Below, piece after piece: positions 45,383 to 54,035 of a DNA stretch of 64,000 bases. Location: IMG/VR virus record IMGVR_UViG_3300036884_000676; one strand, 5' to 3'. The position numbers and the translations under genes are program-made. The DNA comes from a virus. Its lineage: Duplodnaviria; Heunggongvirae; Uroviricota; Caudoviricetes. The notes below the pieces were generated by a model. That model made no database searches and was not told the origin of the DNA. It saw only the letters and a list, made by a program, of their open reading frames with translations. The stretch's first letter is position 1. Every line of letters starts with the position of its first letter.

Positions 45383-45454
45383 TGGGAATAGAAGGATTCG
45401 AACCTACAAATCACGATTTTACAGACCGCTGAGCGACCACTGCTCAATATTCCC
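45383..45454 (-). tRNA. tRNA with Tyr(GUA) anticodon but short variable loop
   Basis: GCGGU-CUGUAAA-AUCGU, 5-nt variable loop. Confidence 0.82.
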
Positions 45455-45459
45455 GTTTG

Positions 45460-45532
45460 TGGAAGTACAAGGATTCGAACCTCGAATACACGGTGTTACA
45501 AGCCGCTGAGCGACCATCCGCTCACTACTTCC
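45460..45532 (-). tRNA. tRNA with Tyr(GUA) anticodon but short variable loop
   Basis: GCGGC-UUGUAAC-ACCGU, 5-nt variable loop. Confidence 0.82.
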
Positions 45533-45533
45533 T

Positions 45534-45689
45534 TGGTGGGGGTGGATGGAATTTCACACATCGGATGATAAGTTTACAGCTTACGAAGTAACTGTTTTAC
45601 ATCACTACAATTGATTGGCCTTCGATAAAGGAAACAGTCCAATTCAGAATCCTTATCAATCGAGATACTTTGGTACAGTAATCACCCCC
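45534..45689 (-). ncRNA. 156-nt tRNA-Tyr(GUA)-like RNA with a giant D-arm domain, CCA encoded
   Basis: GGGGGUG/CACCCCC-A-CCA, GUAAG-CUGUAAA-CUUAU, T-like arm; ~95 nt in place of the D arm. Confidence 0.7.
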
Positions 45690-45720
45690 TTTTATTTTCA
45701 ATATGTTTAAGAACATGCAA

Positions 45721-45752
45721 CAAAAAACCCATCACTTTTTCAAGGACGGGTC
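45721..45752 (-). terminator. Attenuator terminator ACCCGUC...GAUGGGU plus U-run
   Basis: 7-bp stem followed by U-run; competing strand GGAUGGGUU at 45799-45807. Confidence 0.85.
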
Positions 45753-45780
45753 TTTCTGATTCTATGATAATATTTAAAGT

Positions 45781-45867
45781 TTATCTTTCAGCAATACTAA
45801 CCCATCCTCGATTTTGATAGAGGTATAAATACAAATAATATAGGTTAATATTTACTCTGTTTTTCAT
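45781..45867 (-). CDS. 28-aa Leu/Tyr leader peptide MKNRVNINLYYLYLYLYQNRGWVSIAER
   Basis: Manual translation; nine consecutive Leu/Tyr codons; stops 28 nt before the terminator. Confidence 0.88.
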   Translation of the reverse strand: MKNRVNINLYYLYLYLYQNRGWVSIAER

Positions 45868-45963
45868 AACTTTTATTCTTTCTGAAAATTATATATTAAA
45901 TAATTTTAGTCTGTTTTTTCTATTTATACGACAAAGGTATGTAAAAGTTTTAAAATAAAAAAA

Positions 45964-46575
45964 TTATTTTGAAGTTTTCTTGAAATAGTCTATCACTTCT
46001 TTGAATTTAACATCAGATTTTATTTCATTAAAATCTAAATCATAGATGTCATATACATATTCTTTTGTGTTGTTTTGGTCTACATATATATAAACTATAA
46101 ACTTGGGATTAACAAGTCTAACATCGAATATGACCTGTGATTCTTTATCTTGATCGTTATAGGATTTTATTGCCTCTGGTGAAGTGAATACTAATCCATA
46201 TCTACCATAAGAACCCAGATTCTTAGTGTATCTACTGTCCATTTTCTTAGTAGTACAATCCCAAGCCACACTGAAATTACCTGATTGTACTTCTTTCATT
46301 CCTGTTTTGGTTTTAGTCAGGGATGAATACCAAGAACCGATACCTCTGAATCCTGTTTTAAGGATTCCCTCGATATTTTCTTTTTTGGTAAAGTGTATAA
46401 TGGGTGAATCGGATGGTAATTTTTTAGAACCTATCCAAGAAAATCCTCTTTGTGGTCTTTTATTCTCAAAAGAAAGGATACAATTATGAAAATCATCGAT
46501 TGTTTCGATTCTTTGGATGACTTCCTTATTCTTTCTGGTAAACTCAGTGAAATTATCCATATACTGAAGGTTCAT
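45964..46575 (-). CDS. CTS-like N-terminus plus ART/Tpt1-like domain
   Basis: MDNFTEF; IHFT...GILKTGF; QESQVIF-like DKESQVIF. Confidence 0.55.
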   Translation of the reverse strand: MNLQYMDNFTEFTRKNKEVIQRIETIDDFHNCILSFENKRPQRGFSWIGSKKLPSDSPIIHFTKKENIEGILKTGFRGIGSWYSSLTKTKTGMKEVQSGNFSVAWDCTTKKMDSRYTKNLGSYGRYGLVFTSPEAIKSYNDQDKESQVIFDVRLVNPKFIVYIYVDQNNTKEYVYDIYDLDFNEIKSDVKFKEVIDYFKKTSK

Positions 46576-46587
46576 TTTCAGTATATA

Positions 46588-46797
46588 TTAAATCAAATTG
46601 AATGGTTTATTTTCAATTTCCTTATACCATTCGAGTATTATTTCAGCGTTTCTTTTATTAGAATATCCTTCAAAACTATCAGCTATCTTCCATGAATAAC
46701 CAGCAGCACCGCCCGAAAGAATAGTTCGCCATCTCCATCTTATTTTTATCTGAGGATAAAACATACCACCTTTCTCACGGATTCTACTTTTTCTCAT
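46588..46797 (-). CDS. Hypothetical protein
   Basis: ORF string. Confidence 0.5.
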   Translation of the reverse strand: MRKSRIREKGGMFYPQIKIRWRWRTILSGGAAGYSWKIADSFEGYSNKRNAEIILEWYKEIENKPFNLI

Positions 46798-46799
46798 AA

Positions 46800-47024
46800 T
46801 TAATTTTTTGAGGCCTGATCATTCTCCATATTTTTTTTAAGACTTGGAATGAGAACATCTTTGGTGAATTCTCGTACCTTATCGGCCAATAACCCGGCTT
46901 GTCCAGAAAGAATTGAACCACCCAAAGAATGAATAACGATCAAAAAATTAGGATCATTATATTTTTTCTCCAGTTCTTCCAAGTCTTGAATAATAAATTT
47001 TTCCTGATCTGTCATGATTTCCAA
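46800..47024 (-). CDS. Hypothetical protein
   Basis: ORF string. Confidence 0.5.
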   Translation of the reverse strand: MEIMTDQEKFIIQDLEELEKKYNDPNFLIVIHSLGGSILSGQAGLLADKVREFTKDVLIPSLKKNMENDQASKN

Positions 47025-47497
47025 TTTTTGAATGGGATTTTAGCTAAATTACAATTATAATATTTACTATCCCCTGTAACTTCTTCTTTAATCCAATCTG
47101 GTTTTTCAAATGATTCATTTTCAGAATCCAGTTCAATCTCAGCTACTATTAATCCACCGTTATGTCCAAAAAACACATCAACTTCCCAAGTATGTCCTTT
47201 GTATGGAATGATGTATCTCGATTTGACAATGAAATTTTTCTCACAATAGTCTACGATAAGATCAACGGCATCCCCAAAAGGAATTTCATATTCATATTCT
47301 TTTCGTGATATAAGTCCAGATCCTTTGACAGTCATGAATCCTTTCTTTCCAAAAGTTCTAATTCGAACTAATTTTTCATTATCTTCGAACATGAAACCTT
47401 GACGAACCTCCACAGATTTATATTTATCTTTAATCTGTAAAAACTTTTCTTCGTCAACAAGAAATTTTCTTTCGATTTCTAAATTTTTATTTTTCAT
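47012..47497 (-). CDS. CYTH-domain protein (triphosphatase/adenylate cyclase family)
   Basis: EIERKFLV, QG, VRIR, KG, EYEYEIP, WEVDVF, VAEIEL, P.W..EVTGD.KY.N. Confidence 0.9.
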   Translation of the reverse strand: MKNKNLEIERKFLVDEEKFLQIKDKYKSVEVRQGFMFEDNEKLVRIRTFGKKGFMTVKGSGLISRKEYEYEIPFGDAVDLIVDYCEKNFIVKSRYIIPYKGHTWEVDVFFGHNGGLIVAEIELDSENESFEKPDWIKEEVTGDSKYYNCNLAKIPFKNWKS

Positions 47498-47910
47498 AAT
47501 CTGTCGAGCTCATCTTCTAAGAAAGAGATTGATCCATATAATACTCCGAGTAAAGTGGAATTTAAAATAAAGGCCCTTTGTTCTGATTTACTTCCGTGTT
47601 TAACTGGTGTAATTTTTCTACGAATTAATTCCTTTTTTTCATCGATATAATCAGAATATGAATAAATATCATATTTTTTAAATTTATTCAGAATATATGA
47701 TGACGATGATTGATCTCTTATAGTGGATGATAGGAAGAAATCAAGAATTTCTAAATCAATTGATTTTTCGATTCCATGTTCCAAACGGCTTCTAATAATC
47801 TTTAAACCTTCAACAGTAAGATTAGGATTTTCATCTTTTCCAAGATGTCTATCGGTATCTTCGTGTTTTTTCGAAGAAAAACATTTTAAAATTGACATAG
47901 TATTAATCAA
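47494..47910 (-). CDS. Hypothetical protein, weak histidine-phosphatase-like features
   Basis: RHLG...LT.EG, SST, H. Confidence 0.45.
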   Translation of the reverse strand: MINTMSILKCFSSKKHEDTDRHLGKDENPNLTVEGLKIIRSRLEHGIEKSIDLEILDFFLSSTIRDQSSSSYILNKFKKYDIYSYSDYIDEKKELIRRKITPVKHGSKSEQRAFILNSTLLGVLYGSISFLEDELDRL

Positions 47911-48748
47911 TAAAAGCGTTGATAGTATTATTTGAATTGTTTTCAGTAGAGAGATGAATTTCGTGCCATCCGATAAGTTCGATTGTATGATGATCAGGAT
48001 GTTTTACTTTACCACGACCAAGAACCCTTGCTCCACTAACTCTTTGGGTGTATCCTATACGATCAAATGGTTTAAGTTTGTTGTATTGGAGTACGGAAAT
48101 AATCGAATCCCCTTTAACATAGACTGTTTCACCACCAGAACGAACAACTTCAGCTACATAGTGAGGTTTTCCACCAGTAGGTCTTGAAATAGGTTCATTT
48201 TTATGAATGATAGTGTTTTTATCGGGTTCGAAATGTACAGGAACGAAAAACCATTCACCCTGACGGACAAATCCTTTGTTTTTACGTTTTCTCCATTCTT
48301 TGGTTTTAACACCTTTCTGTTGCATTGCCACGGTTACGGCTTTTGGACGAAGTAAGGAGAAAGCTTCACGAATATTTTTAGCCACGGTAACACCTGCGAC
48401 AAACCAGTGCATTTCATCACGACCAACCAGAAGTCTTTCGGTTGTCGTATCACCATGTTTGAAATCTTTTACTCTTTCAGTGATCATATGACCACCAGAC
48501 CATCTTTGATTCATTCTTGGTGAACGAACAAGAAGTAACATTTGTCTTAATTTCGGATCGTAATCGAGAACATTGATATTAATTTCGGAATCATCAATAT
48601 CGGGATGAATAGTGAGAGTAAAATGTTCACCTTGTTTATCGGTGGCAACATTTAATCTCAGAATACCACCTCTTGGTGAAGTACCTTTGCGGATGGTGAT
48701 TCTTGCTCCCATCTTCTCGAATTGTTTTTCTAACCAATTTCTTTCCAT
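47903..48748 (-). CDS. Hypothetical protein
   Basis: 281-aa ORF; GRDEMHWFVA, RQGEWFFVP, H. Confidence 0.6.
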   Translation of the reverse strand: MERNWLEKQFEKMGARITIRKGTSPRGGILRLNVATDKQGEHFTLTIHPDIDDSEININVLDYDPKLRQMLLLVRSPRMNQRWSGGHMITERVKDFKHGDTTTERLLVGRDEMHWFVAGVTVAKNIREAFSLLRPKAVTVAMQQKGVKTKEWRKRKNKGFVRQGEWFFVPVHFEPDKNTIIHKNEPISRPTGGKPHYVAEVVRSGGETVYVKGDSIISVLQYNKLKPFDRIGYTQRVSGARVLGRGKVKHPDHHTIELIGWHEIHLSTENNSNNTINAFID

Positions 48749-48851
48749 GACACTATATATTGTAACAAATTTATCTTAAATTTCCATTTTCATTTAAAAA
48801 TATTTCTTTTCCATGAGTTACAAAGATAAGAAATACTTTCAAATAAAAAAA

Positions 48852-49142
48852 TTATAAATCAACTTTTTCGAACAACTTCTTATTAAGTTCCAAAAACTTA
48901 GTTTCAAAAAGAGCCTTCACATATACTCCATCATTTTTAAGGAACACTTCGTTTTCGAAACAAATTAATGTCGTGCCGGGTTTAGCGGTGATGTGATTTG
49001 AATCATCAACTGGTATATTAAAAAATTGAGTTGTCTTATATACCTTAATGTCTCTTTCTGTTTTTGAAACTTTCTGTGCTTCAATTGGTCTCCTACTTTC
49101 GTTTATAAATTCCATAGGTGATTTAATATTTTTATAATCCAT
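48852..49142 (-). CDS. Hypothetical protein
   Basis: ORF. Confidence 0.5.
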   Translation of the reverse strand: MDYKNIKSPMEFINESRRPIEAQKVSKTERDIKVYKTTQFFNIPVDDSNHITAKPGTTLICFENEVFLKNDGVYVKALFETKFLELNKKLFEKVDL

Positions 49143-49293
49143 TCCATATTATTATTTTTTTGTAAGAAAGTCTACGATATCACTCACTGAGTTCTTAGCT
49201 GTTTTGTAAGCACTTTCTGAATCAAAACCTAATGACTGTATATATTCATAATAATTGTACCTCTTTTTATTGAAGATGTACCAAAAACAAATA

Positions 49294-49554
49294 TTAATCT
49301 TTTTCATCTATTCTATCGTTTAAAAATTTAGCTAATTTTTTAGCTTCCTCAGATTCCAAAACAATTTGATCATCATATATTCTACCAGTAAAAAGATGAT
49401 AAAAAGCGTATCTGATACGACCAAAAATCAAACTCCTTATAGTCTGTTGACCATTAGTATATATGGCAATGTAAAACAATTTATCTTCTTCATCGTACTG
49501 AATTTGGATCAAATGAGTTCCACAACTACACTCTGATACATGCTTCGTTTTCAT
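49294..49554 (-). CDS. Hypothetical protein
   Basis: ECSCGTH motif. Confidence 0.55.
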   Translation of the reverse strand: MKTKHVSECSCGTHLIQIQYDEEDKLFYIAIYTNGQQTIRSLIFGRIRYAFYHLFTGRIYDDQIVLESEEAKKLAKFLNDRIDEKD

Positions 49555-49621
49555 GTTGAATAAATTTTTATGGTTTTATATTATATCCTTGAATATAGTG
49601 AAATGTTTCGAAATAAAAAAT

Positions 49622-50584
49622 TTATTTGATTTCTATTTTTATGTTTGGTATGAAAATATTTACTTTATCAAGATCATCTATTAAATCTTTCTTGTATAAT
49701 TTAGGATACCAATTTGAATCATATTCGATACCAATTATATATTTATTAATACCTTTTATACAATCAAAATTATTTGATGGATCATATTTCAAATTAAGTT
49801 CAGTATGAGAATTACATTCTACTCTTTCTTCAGCTTCGTGTTTAAAATATGGATCTTTATGATATAAATGAGATCTAATTTTAAAATGATGGCTCATTCT
49901 ATCACCATCGAATGTTATTTTAACTGGATGGTTATTATAATTTAGATTTTTATTTCTCGAAAAAGATATAAAATGAAATAAGGAAATCATTCTATCATCT
50001 TTTAAAATATTCTTCAAATTATCCAAAGTTGTCCAATGATATAAGAATCCAACCTGTTTTGACTCTTTTAATTCACAACCCCAATTATAATTTCTCTCCC
50101 TTTGATATTGTTTTATTATTTCAACTAAACTTGACCAAAAGACAACAGCTGTAGTTCCTACCCCTTCTTTAAATTTTATTGAATCGTATCCTTTCTTTTT
50201 AAGTTTGGGAACTATATGATATTCCCTATCCAATATTTCTAAAACTTTATATGGTGAAAAATAATCATAACCATAGAATCTTTGTTTCCTCATAAGATCA
50301 TTTAATTCTGTTTCGGGTATAGGTAACGATCTCAATAATTTTTCATAATTATCAATTCCTTGCTCTCCATAAGGTGTTAAATCCAATGTTTTTTCCAAGT
50401 GAAGTTTAACTACATAGATATATTTTCCATATCTTTTCGATTCCTTTTCCGTATCGGAGAAATATATTCCCATTCTACTTTTTGTAGTATCTCGTCTGGT
50501 TTTAAATGATGTAATATCATCATTATAACTTCCATGATACCAAATTTCATTATCATTATTGAATTTTTCAAAAGTGGTTAACAT
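49622..50584 (-). CDS. CTS-like N-terminus plus two ART-like domains
   Basis: WYHGS...GIYFS...GYDSI; linker ELKE; LYHWT...ISFSR...EAEE. Confidence 0.65.
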   Translation of the reverse strand: MLTTFEKFNNDNEIWYHGSYNDDITSFKTRRDTTKSRMGIYFSDTEKESKRYGKYIYVVKLHLEKTLDLTPYGEQGIDNYEKLLRSLPIPETELNDLMRKQRFYGYDYFSPYKVLEILDREYHIVPKLKKKGYDSIKFKEGVGTTAVVFWSSLVEIIKQYQRERNYNWGCELKESKQVGFLYHWTTLDNLKNILKDDRMISLFHFISFSRNKNLNYNNHPVKITFDGDRMSHHFKIRSHLYHKDPYFKHEAEERVECNSHTELNLKYDPSNNFDCIKGINKYIIGIEYDSNWYPKLYKKDLIDDLDKVNIFIPNIKIEIK

Positions 50585-50593
50585 ATGATGTAT

Positions 50594-51229
50594 TTATCTT
50601 TTCTTTCTATCTGGTTGATCATATGGAATGACATATCCAATCTTATTCTTATCATCATATACACCGAATACGAATCCGAATTGCTTTATCATATCTAAAT
50701 ATGGAATATGCTGATTCTTTTCATCATTTACCCAAGAATGTCCACAACTAAAAAATCTACAATTTTGGATAGCCTTATCATATTCTTCTTTACTATGAAC
50801 GACTGTAACCTGTGGATGCTTTTTTAAATGTTCCTCGGCTATTTTATAACCATAAATATCACTTTCAACTCTTAATTCTGGATGTTCGTTTGTTCCGATT
50901 TCAGGAAATTCGAGTAATCCCGGCATTGGTTTTTGACCCAACATTAAATCTTCATTTGTTTCATCCTCTAAATCAAAAACAACATCATATAATAATTCTC
51001 TGACATATTCTATTTCTTTTGGATATAAATAAGTTCTGTATTTAAAAAGAACTTGTCTTACAATCTTTTTGAATTTATTATAATCATCATCATTCATTAT
51101 CATAGCCCCAATATATGGCTGAATTTGTGGATCTTGTTTAATTCTTTCAAACCATTTTTTGGCTCTTTCGTAGGTGAAAACAGGTTCATCTTCAAATCTT
51201 TCATTAACAAATTCTTGAAACTTTTTCAT
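50594..51229 (-). CDS. Putative head-packaged protein (MKKFQEFVNE)
   Basis: N-terminus nearly matches the T4 capsid-targeting sequence MKTYQEFIAE. Confidence 0.65.
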   Translation of the reverse strand: MKKFQEFVNERFEDEPVFTYERAKKWFERIKQDPQIQPYIGAMIMNDDDYNKFKKIVRQVLFKYRTYLYPKEIEYVRELLYDVVFDLEDETNEDLMLGQKPMPGLLEFPEIGTNEHPELRVESDIYGYKIAEEHLKKHPQVTVVHSKEEYDKAIQNCRFFSCGHSWVNDEKNQHIPYLDMIKQFGFVFGVYDDKNKIGYVIPYDQPDRKKR

Positions 51230-51259
51230 GATGTTGTTTTTTATTGATATATATAAAAT

Positions 51260-51281
51260 AAAAAAACCGGATGTTATCCGG
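51260..51281 (-). terminator. Intrinsic terminator
   Basis: CCGGAU-AAC-AUCCGG plus U-run. Confidence 0.7.
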
Positions 51282-51282
51282 C

Positions 51283-51567
51283 TCAAATGTAAAGATCATA
51301 TATTAATAACATATGATCTCTAAAATTTTCTCGATCCACACTATCACCAGCAAATTCGTGTTTCTTGATATATTTATTATACCATCCATTAAATAAATCA
51401 TTAACCATTTTTCGAGTTAATTGATTTCGGAAAATATCACTATGAACTTTCCCTTTACAATAAAACTCACATACATAATCAATAAACTCTTTTTTCATTT
51501 CTGGTGAAAGATCTGAATTTTCATTTAAAGACTGAGAGAAAGATTCAAAAGTTTTTAAGTTTTTCAT
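51283..51567 (-). CDS. Putative head-packaged protein (MKNLKTFESFSQSLNE)
   Basis: CTS-like N-terminus. Confidence 0.6.
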   Translation of the reverse strand: MKNLKTFESFSQSLNENSDLSPEMKKEFIDYVCEFYCKGKVHSDIFRNQLTRKMVNDLFNGWYNKYIKKHEFAGDSVDRENFRDHMLLIYDLYI

Positions 51568-51569
51568 TC

Positions 51570-52655
51570 TTATTTTTTCTTCTTTTTTTCTTCTGGTATT
51601 GATGGTGGAAAATATTCCAATAACCAAGAATCTAAATTATCAGCAGATGGTTTATAATTATGTTTTGAATATAAATGACGAACCTTATCGAATTCATCAT
51701 CAGTTACTTTTGTTCCACAATCTGTACATTCAACTGTCTTGGCTGGTTTTGGAACTGAATTTTCAACAAGTTCATCTTCAATATTGATATCAATATCATC
51801 AATATTTATATCTTCTTCGATAGTATCTGGTTTTATATGAAGTCTATTCATTATAAAATCTGAAAATTTTTCTATCTTAATTTCTTTTTTTTCACCAATA
51901 TCATCACTATCATGATTTCTTCCGAGATATTCTTCTTCTGGTTCACCATTTATCATCAAAATAACATCCTCACCAGCAGCTCTTCCGTGTCCTGATTTAG
52001 ATTGTTCCACATATTCTTGATATGTTTTTCTTGCCTCTTCTTCTGTATCACAAGGAATATTACCGATGTTTCCTACATTTACAATGAATTCATCTGGAAC
52101 AATCACTTTTTCTTCGATAGGTTTTTCAACTGATTCTAAGATTTCATCTTCTTCAACTTCCTTAATAGCCTTAACGGTATTAGCCGCGAAATTTTCCCAT
52201 TTCTTTTCCCAAAGTTGTTTTTCCTCAGACTTTTTTTCATTCAGGTTTAATATTTTACTTAAAAGATCTTTATCGGTTTCATTTAATTCTGGTTGTTTTA
52301 CTTCCTCTACATTAATAGTAGATTCATAAGTTTTTTCTGCATCCTTCTTTTCTTTCTTATAAGCTTTATGAAACTCTTTTAAAAATTCGGGTAATGAATA
52401 TTCTTTGATTTCTTTACTCAATCTATCTTCTACATAAACGATACTATCTTTTACACTTTTGATTATACCATCTATCTTATCGGTTGTAATTTGGCGACCT
52501 CTAATACCTAAATTATCAAGAGGATCTAAATCACCCCTATTGATGGTCTGTCTTGGAGATGGTTTGATAAATAAATCAGTATCACCACCAACACCCTTAC
52601 CTTTATTTTCGGTACTTTCTTTCATGAAATCTTCAAATTTTTTAATATTCTTCAT
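51570..52655 (-). CDS. Acidic multi-module putative head protein (MKNIKKFEDFMKE)
   Basis: CTS-like N-terminus; internal KIEKFSDF and many xxE sites. Confidence 0.6.
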   Translation of the reverse strand: MKNIKKFEDFMKESTENKGKGVGGDTDLFIKPSPRQTINRGDLDPLDNLGIRGRQITTDKIDGIIKSVKDSIVYVEDRLSKEIKEYSLPEFLKEFHKAYKKEKKDAEKTYESTINVEEVKQPELNETDKDLLSKILNLNEKKSEEKQLWEKKWENFAANTVKAIKEVEEDEILESVEKPIEEKVIVPDEFIVNVGNIGNIPCDTEEEARKTYQEYVEQSKSGHGRAAGEDVILMINGEPEEEYLGRNHDSDDIGEKKEIKIEKFSDFIMNRLHIKPDTIEEDINIDDIDINIEDELVENSVPKPAKTVECTDCGTKVTDDEFDKVRHLYSKHNYKPSADNLDSWLLEYFPPSIPEEKKKKK

Positions 52656-52712
52656 TTTGTTATTCTTTCTTTTTAGACTATATATTGAAATAATTAGTCC
52701 TCATCTTCCCAC

Positions 52713-53027
52713 TTATATCCCCTTTTTCGTGTAATTTTTAATATCATCTATCCAAGTTTGGATTTTCCCCTCATCTTCGGTTGCATCTGCTGCCTCTTGA
52801 AGCCTTCTCAATAAAATATCAACCTCTGATTTATGAAAATTGAAAACATATCTATGACCATTTTTAAAAAAATTTGATTTTACAAAACCTTCTAAATGAG
52901 AATCAATTCCTTTATTAATCATATCTTTAAACAACTTAAAATCATCAGATCCGATGGGAGTTGTTATTTCCATGAACTCACTTTCGTTCTCTTTTTCTTC
53001 TTTTATAAAATCTTTAAATCTTTTCAT
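52713..53027 (-). CDS. Putative head-packaged protein (MKRFKDFIKE)
   Basis: CTS-like N-terminus. Confidence 0.6.
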   Translation of the reverse strand: MKRFKDFIKEEKENESEFMEITTPIGSDDFKLFKDMINKGIDSHLEGFVKSNFFKNGHRYVFNFHKSEVDILLRRLQEAADATEDEGKIQTWIDDIKNYTKKGI

Positions 53028-53487
53028 TATTTATAATGACTTATTTTACCAGTTAAAGCATTTCTTCCACCAGATGATTTCATAGATTTATTTTTTCCTG
53101 ATTTCTTTCCCAACTTTTTAATTTTCTTTACTGTCGAACTTCTTGGTAAAGCTGGTGAATTTGGTGATCCCGTGCCGATGCAGCTACATCTCCACTTCCA
53201 CCTCCACCACCTCCGGCACATTCTTGAACACCCTCTTCTTCTCTTTCAATAATTAATCGAAATGGGACACCCATGTATTTAAAAGTGATTTCCGCTGTTT
53301 CCATATCCAGAGTATTATCTTCTACCTGAGAAGTACTAAATGTATCTCCACCATTATTCATGATAGTGTCGTAAATCAATTCTATCATTTTTAATTTACT
53401 GATAGGATCATCATTACGATAATCATTATCTGTCAATTTCTCAACTAATTCTTCGAATGTTTTCAAATATTTCAGCTTCGTATTCAT
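53027..53487 (-). CDS. Putative head-packaged protein with a probable single-base frameshift near 53170
   Basis: KYLKTFEELVE; the -1 frame continues TGSPNSPALP... to a TAATG overlap with the next gene. Confidence 0.55.
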
Positions 53488-53488
53488 A

Positions 53489-54025
53489 TTATTTTAATCT
53501 TTTATGTTGTTCAGGATCACCTAATAAACCAAGTGATCTTAAATGTTTACAGGAACGAACTCCATTTCTTGCATTTCTCCATCCCGGACAATCACAACCC
53601 CACTCACCAGTTTTTTTATTCTGTGCAACTGTGTAAACTCTATCACTGGTTTCTGATTCGATTTCAAATCTATTTGTCCATAGAGCATTATCATCTAATT
53701 TATGTTTACCTCTTAAAGATGCTGGTACTGGATAGTTATGTTCATGTTCTTCATCGTGCTCTTTCACGATGTCTAAACCAACCTCAGTACGCTTTGTTTT
53801 CTTTTGATCTTCGGGTTCCCATTCCTTTTCAAAATTTTCGAAATCCAAGAGATTATTTAATTTTTTGTCAATGCCACCTTTTAAATCAGAAACTGCGATT
53901 CCCGGTTCATTTTCTTCCTTAACAATGTCTAAACCAACTTCAGTTCTTTTGGTTTTCTTTTGTTCTTCGGGTTTCCAATCTTTTGAAAATTCATCGAAGT
54001 TTAATAAATTGTTGAGCTTTTCCAT
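53489..54025 (-). CDS. Two ~35-aa repeat modules plus a SWIM zinc finger
   Basis: KLNNLLxFxxF...KKTKRTEVGLDIVKE twice; WGCDCPGW...CKHL. Confidence 0.7.
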   Translation of the reverse strand: MEKLNNLLNFDEFSKDWKPEEQKKTKRTEVGLDIVKEENEPGIAVSDLKGGIDKKLNNLLDFENFEKEWEPEDQKKTKRTEVGLDIVKEHDEEHEHNYPVPASLRGKHKLDDNALWTNRFEIESETSDRVYTVAQNKKTGEWGCDCPGWRNARNGVRSCKHLRSLGLLGDPEQHKRLK

Positions 54026-54035
54026 TTTTTATTTT

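Noticed and set aside
45534-45689. tmRNA call from the GGGGGUG...CCCCCACCA ends
   Set aside because: G3-C70 instead of G3-U70, a Tyr anticodon arm is present, and there is no room for a tag ORF with pseudoknots.
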